Assembly: GCA_028876655.1 (NCBI GenBank)
Contig: JAGWRA010000118.1
Coordinates: forward strand, 1-54,280
DNA from: Acidobacteriota bacterium
GTDB taxonomy: Bacteria; Acidobacteriota; Vicinamibacteria; Vicinamibacterales; CAVVIG01
Length of the DNA: 54,280 bases
Direction of reading: 5' to 3'
Shown here: piece by piece, positions 46,248-54,280 of the stretch
Layout of the letters: each line of letters starts with the position of its first letter
Position numbering within the stretch: the first letter of the stretch is position 1
The notes under the pieces: model-generated
The model's input: the letters and a program-made list of their open reading frames with translations, nothing else
Told to the model about the DNA's origin: nothing
The model's database searches: none
Made by a program: the position numbers and the translations under genes

Positions 46248-47078
46248 TCAGGCGGGCCGGACCGCGATGGCACGCACCGCGACGGTGTGTCCTTCTTCGG
46301 TATTCCTGACGGAATTCTCGATCTTCAGCGGAACGTCCTCGGCGACGATCACGTCGCGGCCGAGAACCGGCGCCGGACCTGCCGACGGGGCCCGCCGCCG
46401 CCTGGCGCTCTCGAGCCGGGCCGCGGTCTGGTCCTGCCAGTCTCGCACGCGGAAGCCGGCCTCCTCCAGCAGCGATCGCAGGGCGTCCGGCGTCGCCAGG
46501 AAGTTCAGCGCGGGCCCCGGCGCCCAGAACGTCGGGAAGCGCACCCGCGGGACGGGACCGGCGGCCACCACGTCGAAGGCGAACAGCCCGCCGGGCCGCA
46601 GCACGCGCCGGACCTCGCGGAACAGCGCCGCCTTGTCCTCGATGTTCATCATCGAGTTCTGCGACCAGACAATGTCGAACGAGGCCTCGTCGAACGGCAC
46701 GTGCAGGGCGTTGCCGTGGCGGAACGAGACGCGGTCGCTGATCCCCACCCAGCCGGTCAGCAGCTCCGCCGCCCGGCAGAACTCCTCGGTGAGATCCAGC
46801 CCCGTCACGCGGCACCCGAACTCGGCGGCGAGCGTGCGTGCCGGCCCGCCGATGCCGCTGCCGACGTCGAGCACGAGCTGCCCGTCGTGCACGCCTGCCA
46901 GCCGCGCCAGCTCGCGCGTCGACTCGCGGCCGCCGGTATGGAACTCGTCGAACGGCGCCAGGTCGTCGCGCGTGACCGTTGCCGGATCGAGCCCGGCCGC
47001 CCGCACCGCCGCCACGATGCGGGCGCAGAGGTCGGTGGAGCCGTAGTGATCGTTGATGCCGCGCGCGTAGTCGAGCAT
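46248..47078 (-). CDS. Class I SAM-dependent methyltransferase
   Basis: DEFHTGG, VLDVGSGIGGPAR, FDIVW and RVLRPGG motifs. Confidence 0.9.
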   Translation of the reverse strand: MLDYARGINDHYGSTDLCARIVAAVRAAGLDPATVTRDDLAPFDEFHTGGRESTRELARLAGVHDGQLVLDVGSGIGGPARTLAAEFGCRVTGLDLTEEFCRAAELLTGWVGISDRVSFRHGNALHVPFDEASFDIVWSQNSMMNIEDKAALFREVRRVLRPGGLFAFDVVAAGPVPRVRFPTFWAPGPALNFLATPDALRSLLEEAGFRVRDWQDQTAARLESARRRRAPSAGPAPVLGRDVIVAEDVPLKIENSVRNTEEGHTVAVRAIAVRPA

Positions 47079-47085
47079 GGTCGTG

Positions 47086-48093
47086 TCACCGATCCCCGGG
47101 TGTCGTCTCGCCGGTCGAGGCCCGCGGACGGCCGAACGGCCGCGCCAGGCGGCGCACGAGATCGGCGGCCGCCTCGACCCGGTCGATCCGCGCCGCCCCT
47201 TCCCCCGCGTACAGCGCGAGCGCTTCGAGGTCGCCCTGGAGATCGGGCGTGGGAATCGTGTCCGAGTAGCGCTCGACCGGCCTGCCGTCCGATCCGGTCG
47301 CGACGCGATCGTATTCCCCGGGCCGCTGGCCGTCCGGCGGACATCCGGCGGTCTCCCACGCGCGCACCGTGCTGTTGCGCAGCACGCGGTGCGGCGCGTC
47401 CGGCCAGCCCTTGTTGAAGAGGCGCGTCAGCACGGTCGTCCCCGGACCGGCTGCGACGATCTGCTGCTGATAGATCGGCGCGACGTTGGCCTCCCGGGCG
47501 CAGAGGAACCGCGTGCCGAGGCACGCGCCGCTCGCCCCCGCCGCGATGACTGCGGCCACGTCGTCCTCATCGGCCAGGCCGCCGGCCGCCACCACCGGCA
47601 CGCCCGGCACCTGCTCCAGGATCTGCGCGAGCAGCACCCGCAGCGGATCGACGCCCCGCACGTGACCGCCGGCTTCCACGCCCTGCGCGACCAGCACGTC
47701 GACGCCGCCCGCCGCGGCGGACCGCGCCTCGCGGACCGACCCGACCGAGTGCATGAGGATCGCGCCCCCGTCGTGCACGGTCCGAACGTACGGCCGCGGA
47801 TCGCCCCAGAAGGTCCAGACGATACCGGCACCGGCGTCCAGCGCCAGCGAGACCTGCACGTCCTGCGGCCAGGCGAGGACGACGTTGACGGCGAACGGCC
47901 GGCTCGTCAGCCGCCGCGTCTCTGCCATCACCGCCACCGACTCATCCGGCCGGCGCCAGCTGAGCGCGAGCGAGCCGAGCCCGCCCGCATTGGAGACGGC
48001 GGCCGCCAGCGCGGGCGACGTCGCGCTGCCGATCGGCGCCTGAACGATCGGATAGTCGAGACCGAGCCGCCTGGCGAGATCCGGATCAGCCAT
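47086..48093 (-). CDS. Nitronate monooxygenase family flavoprotein
   Basis: PIVQAPIG, AVSNAGGLG, QGVEAGGH, AAGG and GTRF motifs. Confidence 0.9.
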   Translation of the reverse strand: MADPDLARRLGLDYPIVQAPIGSATSPALAAAVSNAGGLGSLALSWRRPDESVAVMAETRRLTSRPFAVNVVLAWPQDVQVSLALDAGAGIVWTFWGDPRPYVRTVHDGGAILMHSVGSVREARSAAAGGVDVLVAQGVEAGGHVRGVDPLRVLLAQILEQVPGVPVVAAGGLADEDDVAAVIAAGASGACLGTRFLCAREANVAPIYQQQIVAAGPGTTVLTRLFNKGWPDAPHRVLRNSTVRAWETAGCPPDGQRPGEYDRVATGSDGRPVERYSDTIPTPDLQGDLEALALYAGEGAARIDRVEAAADLVRRLARPFGRPRASTGETTPGDR

Positions 48094-48101
48094 GAGATGT
48101 G

Positions 48102-48686
<585 letters not shown>

Positions 48687-48690
48687 CGCG

Positions 48691-50523
48691 TTACCCGGCG
48701 GCGGATTCGCGGATGGCGGCCAGGAACGCCTCGCCGACGTCCTCGGCCTTGCGCGCGCCGACTCCGTAGACCGCCCGCAGCGCCTCCAGCGAGCCGGGCT
48801 TGAGCCGCGCCATCTCGCGCAGCGTCGTGTCGTGGAAGATGACGTACGGCGGCACGCCCCGCGCGCGCGCCAGGTCGAGGCGGAGCGCCCGGAGCCGGTC
48901 GAACAGCTCGCGGTCGACATCCTGCCACGACTCGGCCTCGACACGCGAGCGGCGCGGTCCGCGTTCCTTCGTCCCCTTCGGCGGCCGGCGCTGGCGGGCC
49001 AGGGCGAGGCCGGCGCGGTGGCCCTCGTCCCTGAGCAGCGCCACGCCGTCCTCCGTCAGCGCCAGCACGGGATACTCGTCGTCGGTCTGGCGCAGGAGCC
49101 CTTCGGCCAGCAGCTGCTCGATGTAGCCGCGCACCTCGGCGACCGAGGCGTCCTTCAGCAACCCGAACGTGCTCAGCTCGTGATGCCGGCGGACGAGGAC
49201 GGCTTCCGCCTCGCTGCCGCACAGCACGTTGGCCACGTGCGCGGCGCCGAACCGCTGGCCGACCCGCGCGACGCACGACAGGATCTTGCGCGCCACCACC
49301 ACCGGCTCGTCCACCGTCTCGAGCTCGCCGAGGCAGTAGTCGCAGGCCCCGCAGTCCTCGCGCGTGAAGCGCTCGCCGAAGTAGCCGACGAGGTGCGCGT
49401 GCCGGCAGCCGACGCCGGCGGCGTAGCGCTCGATGTCGCGCAGCAGCTGCCGCCGCGCCTCGCTCCACTCGCCGTTGCGCTCGAGCATGACGCGCCACTT
49501 CACGAAGTCGGCGGCCGAACAGAGCAGCACGCACTCGGCCTCCAGCCCGTCGCGGCCCGCGCGGCCCGACTCCTGCTGGTAGTGCTCGAGCGACTGCGGC
49601 GCCCCCGCGTGGACGACGAAGCGGACGTCCGACCGGTCGATCCCCATCCCGAAGGCGACCGTGGCGACCACGACGTCCGCCTGCTCGTTCAGGAAGGCGT
49701 CCTGGTTCCGGTGGCGATCCGCGTCCGGCAGCCCCGCGTGATATGGGCGGGCGCGCACCCCCGTCTCCGCGAGCCAGGCCGCCAGCGCGTCGACCTCGCG
49801 CCGCGAGGTGCAATAGATGATGCCGGCCTGGCCGCGGTGGCGGCCCAGGATCTCCTGCAACTGCCGCTTCAGGCTCGTCCGCGGCAGCACGCGGTACACG
49901 AGGTTCGGCCGGTCGAATGAGCCGACCAGCTCCAGGGGATCGCGCAGGCCGAGCTGGGCGGCGATGTCGCGGCGCACGCGTGCCGTCGCCGTCGCCGTGT
50001 AGCCGTGCAGGCTGACCTGCGGGAACTGGGCGCGCAACGCGCCGAGCTGGCGGTACTCGGGCCGGAAGTCGTGCCCCCACTGGCTGATGCAGTGCGCCTC
50101 GTCGACGGCGATGAAGGTGACGTTCGCCGGCGACAGCCGCGCGAGGAACCCGTCGCCCCCCTCGCCCACCAGCCGCTCCGGCGACACGTACAGCAGCCGG
50201 TAGCGCCCCTCGCGCAGGCCCGCCGACACCGCCGTCTTCTCGTCGGCCGACAGTGCGCTGTTGTAGCAGGCCGCCGGTACGCCGTTGCCGACGAGCGTGT
50301 CGACCTGGTCCTTCATCAGCGAGATGAGCGGCGAGACCACGAGGCCGAGGCCGGGACGCACGAGGGCCGGCGCCTGGAAGCAAAGCGACTTGCCGCCTCC
50401 CGTCGGGAGGACGACGAGGGAGTCGCGCCGGGCGAGGATCGCGTCCATCGCCTCGTGCTGCAGCGGCCGGAAGGTCTTGTAGCCCCAGTAACGCTGGAGC
50501 ACCTGCTGGAGATCGGGGTTCAT
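48691..50523 (-). CDS. recQ: ATP-dependent DNA helicase RecQ
   Basis: PTGGGKSLCFQ, DEAHCISQWGHDFRP, QESGRAGRDG, Zn-binding C...CGACD.C, RQC and HRDC (VPPYVIF). Confidence 0.97.
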   Translation of the reverse strand: MNPDLQQVLQRYWGYKTFRPLQHEAMDAILARRDSLVVLPTGGGKSLCFQAPALVRPGLGLVVSPLISLMKDQVDTLVGNGVPAACYNSALSADEKTAVSAGLREGRYRLLYVSPERLVGEGGDGFLARLSPANVTFIAVDEAHCISQWGHDFRPEYRQLGALRAQFPQVSLHGYTATATARVRRDIAAQLGLRDPLELVGSFDRPNLVYRVLPRTSLKRQLQEILGRHRGQAGIIYCTSRREVDALAAWLAETGVRARPYHAGLPDADRHRNQDAFLNEQADVVVATVAFGMGIDRSDVRFVVHAGAPQSLEHYQQESGRAGRDGLEAECVLLCSAADFVKWRVMLERNGEWSEARRQLLRDIERYAAGVGCRHAHLVGYFGERFTREDCGACDYCLGELETVDEPVVVARKILSCVARVGQRFGAAHVANVLCGSEAEAVLVRRHHELSTFGLLKDASVAEVRGYIEQLLAEGLLRQTDDEYPVLALTEDGVALLRDEGHRAGLALARQRRPPKGTKERGPRRSRVEAESWQDVDRELFDRLRALRLDLARARGVPPYVIFHDTTLREMARLKPGSLEALRAVYGVGARKAEDVGEAFLAAIRESAAG

Positions 50524-50660
50524 CACGTCAGCGAGCGCCACGATCGTAGCACGCGCACCCGTTCCTCCCGGCGGCCGCGCCGCGCCGCCGGCCGGGTTGA
50601 CCGGACCGCGCCGGGCGGTAATGCTGAAAGGGACGGAGACTCGCGTCCGGAGGTGCACGC

Positions 50661-51701
50661 ATGACGGATACCGATCGTTCCCTGCACGCGTCCCTGCCCG
50701 CCGTCCCGCTGGGGCGGACGGACATGCGCATCACCCGCGTCGGCTTCGGCGCCTGGGCCATCGGCGGGGGTGGATGGTTCTTCGGCTGGGGCGCGCAGGA
50801 CGATCGCGCGTCGATCGCGGCGATCCGCCACGCGCTCGATCGGGGCATCAACTGGATCGATACCGCCGCGGTGTACGGACTCGGCCATTCGGAGGAGGTC
50901 GTCGCGCGCGCCCTGCGCGGCGTGCCGCGCGACGCCCGGCCGTACGTCTTCACCAAGGGCGGCCTGGTGTGGGACGAGCAGGATCGATCGGCGCCGCCCC
51001 GGCGCGTCGGCGCTCCGGCCAGCCTCCGGCGGGAAGTCGAAGCCTCGCTGCGGCGGCTGGAGGTCGATCGCATCGATCTCTATCAGATGCACTGGCCGCC
51101 CGAGGACGGCACGCCCCTGGAGGAGTACTGGCAGGTGCTGCGGGATCTGAAGAAGGAGGGCAAGGTCCGCGCCGTCGGGCTCTCGAATCACGACGCCGAC
51201 CAGCTGCGGCTGGCCGAGATGGTCGGGCACGTCGACACCCTGCAACCGCCGTTCTCGGCCATCCGCCGCGACGCGGCCGAGCGGATCCTCCCCTGGTGCC
51301 AGGCCCACGACACCGGCGTCATCGTCTACAGCCCGATGCAGTCCGGCCTGCTGACGGGACGCTTCACCGCCGAGCGGGCGGCGCGCCTGTCGGCCGACGA
51401 CTGGCGGTCGCGCGTGCCGGACTTCATGGGCGACAACCTGACACGCAATCTCGCGCTGGCAGAAGCGCTGCGGCCCGTGGCGGCGCGCCACCAGACCACA
51501 GTGGCGGCCGTGGCCGTGGCCTGGACGCTGGCCTGGCCCGGCGTCACCGGGGCAATCGTCGGCGCCCGCGCACCCGAACAGATCGACGACTGGATCGCGG
51601 CAGCCACGCTCGCCCTGACACCGGCCGACCTCGACGAGATGGCCGCCGCCATCGACCGGACCGGCGCGGGCACGGGCCCCGCGCGTCCACCCCTGGGGTG
51701 A
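50661..51701 (+). CDS. Aldo/keto reductase
   Basis: GFGAWAIGG, DTAAVYG, TKGG, IDLYQMHWP and YSPM motifs; GGAGG RBS. Confidence 0.93.
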   Translation: MTDTDRSLHASLPAVPLGRTDMRITRVGFGAWAIGGGGWFFGWGAQDDRASIAAIRHALDRGINWIDTAAVYGLGHSEEVVARALRGVPRDARPYVFTKGGLVWDEQDRSAPPRRVGAPASLRREVEASLRRLEVDRIDLYQMHWPPEDGTPLEEYWQVLRDLKKEGKVRAVGLSNHDADQLRLAEMVGHVDTLQPPFSAIRRDAAERILPWCQAHDTGVIVYSPMQSGLLTGRFTAERAARLSADDWRSRVPDFMGDNLTRNLALAEALRPVAARHQTTVAAVAVAWTLAWPGVTGAIVGARAPEQIDDWIAAATLALTPADLDEMAAAIDRTGAGTGPARPPLG

Positions 51702-51712
51702 GAGAGACGCCG

Positions 51713-52179
51713 TCAATCGACGAGCCACGCCGGCGTTCCGCTGGACAGCGTCAGCAGATCGGCCGGCGCGAGCTCGAGCTCGAGGCCGCGCCGGCCGCCG
51801 CTCACGTAGATCGTCTCGTATGCCAGCGCCCGCTCGTCAGATAGAGCGGCAGGTGCCGCTTCTGGCCGAGCGGGCTGATGCCGCCGACGACATAGCCGGT
51901 GGCCCGTTCCGCCGCCGAAGGATCGGCCAGCGCGGCGGCCTTCGCCCCCGCCGCCGCCGCCATCAGCTTCAGGTTCAGGCGATCGAGGACGGGGATGACG
52001 CCGACGACGAGCGTCCGGCCATCCAGCTCGACGACCAGCGTCTTCAGCACGCGTGCCGCATCGACGCCGAGCGCCGCCGCGGCTTCCTCGCCGAACGACG
52101 CTCGTCCCGGCGCGCTCGGATAGGTGTGGACGCGGTGGGGAATGCCGGCCCGCTCGACGAGCCGGACGGCGGGCGTCAT
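51713..52179 (-). pseudogene. ybaK: Cys-tRNA(Pro) deacylase YbaK, frameshifted (one base missing near 51839)
   Basis: MTPAV...KTLVV...TGYVVGGISPLGQK in one frame; the expected C-terminus DERALAYETIYVSGGRRGLELELAPADL continues in another frame to TGA at 51713. Total length 467 nt is not a multiple of 3. Confidence 0.85.
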
Positions 52180-52197
52180 GTCAGGCGGCAGGAGCGG

Positions 52198-52824
52198 TCA
52201 GTACTCGTGTTCGCGGACCCACTTGGTGCTGATCCACTTCTCGCCGGCCACCACCGGCATCCCGGCGTGCAGCGTCCGGCGATCGATCTCGCCCGCCGGC
52301 GTGCAGTCGTAGAAGAGCACCGCCGCCCGCTTCCGCGGTGAGACCGTCAGGCCGATTTCGGGAAAGTGCGTCTCGCCGCCCGCCTCGACGTCATTGAGGT
52401 ACATGATCATCGTCAGGACCCGCTGCCCGCCGTGCTCGGCCACCACACGGCTTCCCGGCAGATCCGGATCGAAGAAGTCGAAGTGCGCCTGGTATTCCTG
52501 CCCCGGCAGGTAGCGGATCACCTGGAGCCCTTCGCCGTGGGTGACCGGCGTTCTGGTCAGCTGGGCGATCCGCTCTTCGATCGTCTTCACCACGGGCGTT
52601 TCGCCCCGGGTGAAGAACATCGTGTCGCTGCTGCGCGTCTCCACCTCGACCAGCTTGCCGGTGGCGGCATCGACCGTGACCGACCGCGTGACCTTCGCCC
52701 GGGCGTTCTCGACGAGATGCTCGCACTCGGCATCGTCGAGGAAGTCGGGAATGTAGGCCACGTACGGCGACAGGCTCAGGACGTCGATGTAAATGGTGCG
52801 AGGGGTGGACTGCGCTTCGGCCAT
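52198..52824 (-). CDS. Prolyl 4-hydroxylase (2OG-Fe(II) oxygenase), no signal peptide
   Basis: VLSLSP...FLDDAECEHL, RSS, GEGLQVIRY, HFD (HxD), GGQRVLT..MYLNDVEAGGET.FP, LHAG and GEKWISTKW: the full plant/algal/Bacillus-type P4H motif set. Confidence 0.9.
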   Translation of the reverse strand: MAEAQSTPRTIYIDVLSLSPYVAYIPDFLDDAECEHLVENARAKVTRSVTVDAATGKLVEVETRSSDTMFFTRGETPVVKTIEERIAQLTRTPVTHGEGLQVIRYLPGQEYQAHFDFFDPDLPGSRVVAEHGGQRVLTMIMYLNDVEAGGETHFPEIGLTVSPRKRAAVLFYDCTPAGEIDRRTLHAGMPVVAGEKWISTKWVREHEY

Positions 52825-52872
52825 CGTTCGCTCCGCCTTCGCCTTCCGACTCTGCCGATCTGAGAAATTCCG

Positions 52873-52902
52873 TTGACGCTCCGTAGACGCGCGCCTAGTA
52901 TA
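52873..52902. promoter_or_regulatory. Sigma70-type promoter (+) with an overlapping minus-strand -10
   Basis: TTGACG-N17-TAGTAT (52873-52901) on +; TATACT (52902-52897) on -. Confidence 0.7.
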
Positions 52903-52996
52903 TCGCTGACAAAAAATTGGTAATCGATCCCCCGTCAGTGCCGCGAACCGGCTCCTTTCGCGTTCGCCGTACAGGGATGACGAAAGGATACGGTAC

Positions 52997-54280
52997 ATGG
53001 CTCCTCGTGCGCGCAGGAACGGCCTGAATATCACGGACACCACGTCCGGCCTCGTGATCCACGACCCCGGCCGCCGCGAAACGCACCACCTCGATCCCCT
53101 CGAAAGCCTGATCTGGAAGCACGCCGACGGCACCACCAGCGTGGCAGAGCTGGCCTCGCTCGCGACGGCGACCCTGGGCACGGCGATCGACGAGTCGATG
53201 GTTCAGTCGGCCATGACCGCACTCGCCGACGCGGGCCTGATCCAGGCGGACACGGCGCCGGCGGACAGCGTCCAGTCGGCCGCGCGCCGATCGATCATGC
53301 GCCGCGTCGCGACCAGCAGCGTTGCCGCGGCAGCGTTCGGGATCTTCATCGATCGCCAGGCGGAAGCCGCGCGGCCCCACGACAAGGATCGGCGGCCGGG
53401 TGGGGGCGACGAGCACCAGGACGCGGACGTCGACCGGAAACTCCACGCGCTCGAAGAGCAGATCGAAGCGGTCAGGCGGGAGTGCCGCGATGTCGAGGCG
53501 CGCGAGCGTCGCCACGACGGCGCGGAAGAAGAGCGGGCGCATCCCGGTGGCATTCCGGTCAATCTGGCGCAGGGCTGGTACGACGCGGGTCCGCCCTACC
53601 AGTTCGCCGCCTACGGGCGGCGCGCCGGCCTCGTCGTGCTCAGCGGCCTGGTGCGGCCCACCGCCGACGCGACCGCGCTCGTCGGCGTGCTGCCCAGAGG
53701 ATACCGGCCGAACGGGACGCTGCTCTTCAGTCAGAACGCACAGGCTGGCGGAACGACGCAGACGATGACGGTGAGCGTGCAGGCGGATGGCCAGATCCTG
53801 CTGCCGGAGACGACACCCGATCCGTCCGGCTGGCTGAGCCTGAGCGGCATCGTCTTCCTCGCGCGGCATGGCGCCCCGTCGCTGAACGACGGCGACAACG
53901 ATACGGATGACGGCGCCGTCCCGCCGGCGCCTGCACCATCACCGGCTCCGGCGCCCGCGCCATCACCATCGCCGGCACCGTCACCAGCGCCGGCACCTGC
54001 GCCGTCTCCGTCTCCCGCGCCTGCGCCATCGCCGGCACCTGCGCCATCGCCGTCCCCGGCGCCTGCGCCCGCACCATCACCGTCACCGGCACCCGCGCCG
54101 GCACCGTCACCGTCGCCGGCGCCCGCACCATCACCGTCGCCGGCACCCGCGCCAGCCCCGGCGCCGTCACCAGCGCCGGCGCCGTCGCCGTCCCCCGCAC
54201 CTGGGCCGACGCCGGCACCACCGCCGTCGCCAGGTCCAGCTCCGGCCCCCGCGCCCGGACCGGCACCAGCTCCGGCCCCC
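52997..54280 (+). CDS. PqqD/RRE-like domain protein with internal Tat-like signal, beta domain and (Ala/Ser-Pro)n tract (3' end truncated by window)
   Basis: 428 open codons from ATG 52997 after AAAGGA, translated by hand. Begins MAPRARRNGLNITDTTSGLVIHDPGRRETHHLDPLESLIWKHADGTTSVAELA...ALADAGLI, then ARRSIMRRVATSSVAAAAFGIFIDRQAEA; ends in APAPSPSP repeats. Confidence 0.88.
   Translation, partial: MAPRARRNGLNITDTTSGLVIHDPGRRETHHLDPLESLIWKHADGTTSVAELASLATATLGTAIDESMVQSAMTALADAGLIQADTAPADSVQSAARRSIMRRVATSSVAAAAFGIFIDRQAEAARPHDKDRRPGGGDEHQDADVDRKLHALEEQIEAVRRECRDVEARERRHDGAEEERAHPGGIPVNLAQGWYDAGPPYQFAAYGRRAGLVVLSGLVRPTADATALVGVLPRGYRPNGTLLFSQNAQAGGTTQTMTVSVQADGQILLPETTPDPSGWLSLSGIVFLARHGAPSLNDGDNDTDDGAVPPAPAPSPAPAPAPSPSPAPSPAPAPAPSPSPAPAPSPAPAPSPSPAPAPAPSPSPAPAPAPSPSPAPAPSPSPAPAPAPAPSPAPAPSPSPAPGPTPAPPPSPGPAPAPAPGPAPAPAP
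53921..54280 (+). repeat. Coding X-Pro dipeptide repeat (X = A, S, occasionally G, T, P)
   Basis: 120 codons with Pro at every second position (62 Pro by my count), 6-nt periodicity and varied wobble bases. Confidence 0.95.

Noticed and set aside
43351-46815. 1154-aa minus-strand ORF
   Set aside because: Out of frame with kch, antisense to the aminotransferase, and without motifs.
51825-51850. Programmed ribosomal frameshift in ybaK
   Set aside because: No slippery heptamer at the junction, and ybaK is not known to be recoded.
53911-54280. Alternative + frame of the repeat reading TITGSGARAITIAGTVTS (beta-solenoid/ice-binding-like)
   Set aside because: It is preceded by a TGA at 53908-53910 and has no start codon. 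It is a by-product of the 6-nt periodicity, while the X-Pro frame is continuous with the ATG at 52997.
53727-54280. Minus-strand ORF 53727..54266 and a Gly-Ala/Gly-Asp repeat frame
   Set aside because: These are antisense shadows of the Pro-rich gene with no recognisable domain outside the repeat.

Overview
A GC-rich (about 70% by eye) bacterial chromosome segment. Gene content and the style of intergenic repeats suggest Acidobacteriota (Vicinamibacteria-like); this is an inference. About 44 genes are supported, mostly housekeeping or metabolic: a MerR-XRE-cupin regulator with a peptidase/symporter/SDR/tartrate-dehydrogenase-family operon, a TonB-dependent-like receptor, tetR-emrB, polA, pcnB, a desaturase, DUF1015-serA-serC, M23/M28/M49 peptidases, malQ, a beta-CASP nuclease, arsC, kch, LOG and recQ. 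I saw no rRNA, tRNA, CRISPR array or transposase. The main finding is at the right edge and is missing from the ORF track because it runs off the window. A + strand gene starting at 52997 encodes a PqqD/RRE-like domain, an internal twin-arginine-like signal, a coiled coil, a phage-fibre-like beta domain and at least 120 residues of (Ala/Ser-Pro)n. It lies head-to-head with a cytoplasmic plant/algal-type prolyl 4-hydroxylase across overlapping -10 boxes, which makes the pair a candidate bacterial hydroxyproline-rich (AGP/extensin-like) secreted protein system. Other points: a frameshifted ybaK, Pol I with Tyr at the ddNTP-discrimination site and a degenerate proofreading domain, a probable internal RCK start in kch, many apparently leaderless genes, and several families of dispersed, sometimes nested, palindromic repeats. 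All calls come from reading motifs by eye; no database searches were run.
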